Positions 59,539 to 60,786 of a stretch of DNA of 60,786 nucleotides are shown in pieces. The number at the start of each line of letters is the position of its first letter. The stretch's first letter is position 1. Both the position numbers and the translations under genes were made by a program. This stretch comes from an uncultured Candidatus Saccharibacteria bacterium (GTDB taxonomy: Bacteria > Patescibacteriota > Minisyncoccia > Phycocordibacterales > JACOZG01): contig CAYNPK010000004.1 of assembly GCA_964399075.1 (NCBI GenBank), forward strand, positions 1-60,786, read 5' to 3'. The notes below the pieces were generated by a model that made no database searches, was not told where the DNA came from, and was given only the letters and a program-made list of their open reading frames with translations.

Positions 59539-60408
59539 TTAGTAAGCGTTAAACTGCGTTGGGTCTACAGAGCTTGTCTCTGCCGTTCCTCCGACTACTG
59601 GATGGAGAGTTACTTCAAATTCAGGGTAGTAAATGTATTGATAGTCCTCGGTTGTCGTAAAATCAAAAGTTTCGTCAAAAGATGAGTACTGGATATTACG
59701 CCTAAATTTTTGTGTCGTTGAATCCCAATCTAGTCCTTGTGCAAATGCAAGCCAATAAATTCCATCGGATACGCCGGTTATTGTATAGTTGCTGTTGGCT
59801 TTTATATAGACAGTAAACACCGAGGAGCCACTACGAATAAGTTTCGCCACAGCGTCCAAGCTCGTTCCATTTTTTATATGCAGTTCCCCATCTCCATAGA
59901 GATAGGCAGTATTCTTTTTAAGAATTGTCCCGTTAGCAAGCGAAACAGCAGGAGTAGTTGGAGTAAATTCAACAATATCTTCAGAAACTTGCTGAACTGG
60001 CGCAGGAAGAGGAGCTTTTGTTCCTCCGCTGTTGTATGAAGAATCATCACTAGCCGCTATCCAAACAATAAAGATTACTCCAACAAGAATTGCAACATAT
60101 TTATTCAATACGAGTTTTGAATAATTTACGCTCTTTATCCAACTGATAAATTTAGCCATACCACTTTTTTTGATTGGGCTATGAAATTCGGGAGTATGAC
60201 TTTCATGTTTTTGACTTGATGGAATTGTTTCAATCAATACTCGCTTACAGTTTGGACACTCTTTGCTATCAAAATCTATCTCCGCTTTACAAAAGGCGCA
60301 ACTTTTTGTTTTGGTAGAAAAATTGTCCTTTTTTGTCTTTGCTTCTGCACCACAAAATCCACAATATTTTCCCAACCCTATTTTATTGCCACAATTTTTG
60401 CAAAACAT
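59539..60408 (-). CDS. Zinc-ribbon + TM + extracellular beta domain protein
   Basis: MFCKNCG...CGFCG...CAFC...CPNC, TM helix, GELHIKNGT...YWLAFAQG. Confidence 0.75.
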   Translation of the reverse strand: MFCKNCGNKIGLGKYCGFCGAEAKTKKDNFSTKTKSCAFCKAEIDFDSKECPNCKRVLIETIPSSQKHESHTPEFHSPIKKSGMAKFISWIKSVNYSKLVLNKYVAILVGVIFIVWIAASDDSSYNSGGTKAPLPAPVQQVSEDIVEFTPTTPAVSLANGTILKKNTAYLYGDGELHIKNGTSLDAVAKLIRSGSSVFTVYIKANSNYTITGVSDGIYWLAFAQGLDWDSTTQKFRRNIQYSSFDETFDFTTTEDYQYIYYPEFEVTLHPVVGGTAETSSVDPTQFNAY

Positions 60409-60411
60409 ATT

Positions 60412-60786
60412 CTAAACTTTCTTAAATTTATAGTAGTTTATTGAATACCGAATAATATTATTCAATAAAATAAACGGTGTGATTATAAACGATATCACTC
60501 CCCACCATCCCAAAAACAATGTTTTTAATGTGAATTTCCAAAATACAAACTTCTGACATTCAAAGCACAATGATCCTTTAATTTGTTTGTGATACCTGAC
60601 TACAAGCGCGCCGACATTCTCATATAAATCTATATAGTGCGTCGGCTTATTTTGTAAACAGATTTCGCATATTGAATTTACTCCTGCAGATGAAATATGA
60701 TCATTTTCTTGACTCTTCTTCACCGGCTCAATCCCAACTTTTTGCCCGCAATTTTGGCAATAACTAGAATCCGATTCAATTTTTGT
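60412..60786 (-). CDS. Zinc-ribbon membrane protein (5' end outside the window)
   Basis: The frame of ORF 60412-60723 stays open to the window edge, adding IESDSSYCQNCGQK; contains CEIC/CFEC and a TM segment. Confidence 0.7.
   Translation of the reverse strand, partial: TKIESDSSYCQNCGQKVGIEPVKKSQENDHISSAGVNSICEICLQNKPTHYIDLYENVGALVVRYHKQIKGSLCFECQKFVFWKFTLKTLFLGWWGVISFIITPFILLNNIIRYSINYYKFKKV

Larger units (their letters stand above)
52440..60786. mobile_element. AT-rich genomic island (right end outside the window)
   Basis: Begins at a TTGGCGG att-like scar; genes almost all on the minus strand, markedly AT-rich from about 55.4 kb, with gene relics and a second att-like scar. Confidence 0.65.

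Overview
A 60.8-kb chromosomal window from a small-genome bacterium. The compact overlapping genes, orphan ABC substrate-binding protein, full type IV pilus/competence locus and shortened RF2 suggest Patescibacteria/CPR (Parcubacteria-like; inference), using standard code 11. Layout from left to right: (1) the end of an integrative element, a large serine recombinase whose 3' end runs into tRNA-Ser(GGA) and is bracketed by a 121-bp inverted repeat; (2) housekeeping genes (htpX, lemA, groEL/ES, secG, rnj, UvrD-like helicase, pyrG, ftsEX, prfB, gatCA, ligA) with two GC-rich orphan genes and seven tRNAs in total; (3) a four-gene operon at 27.7-33.7 kb: MoxR-type AAA+ ATPase, small protein, HExxH/vWA protein, and an apparently identical copy of the small protein; (4) a type IV pilus/competence cluster at 38.6-52.3 kb; (5) an AT-rich island from about 52.4 kb to the end, with att-like scars, a deleted msrA and an hsdS relic. 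The strongest signal is in the operon. The C-termini of the AAA+ ATPase and the small proteins share a 131-bp segment that differs only at positions 1-2 of NNY codons, the fingerprint of diversity-generating retroelement (DGR) variable regions. I found no reverse transcriptase or template repeat in the window. A further solo gene at 14.3-14.9 kb carries a related variable-region-like end from a different template.
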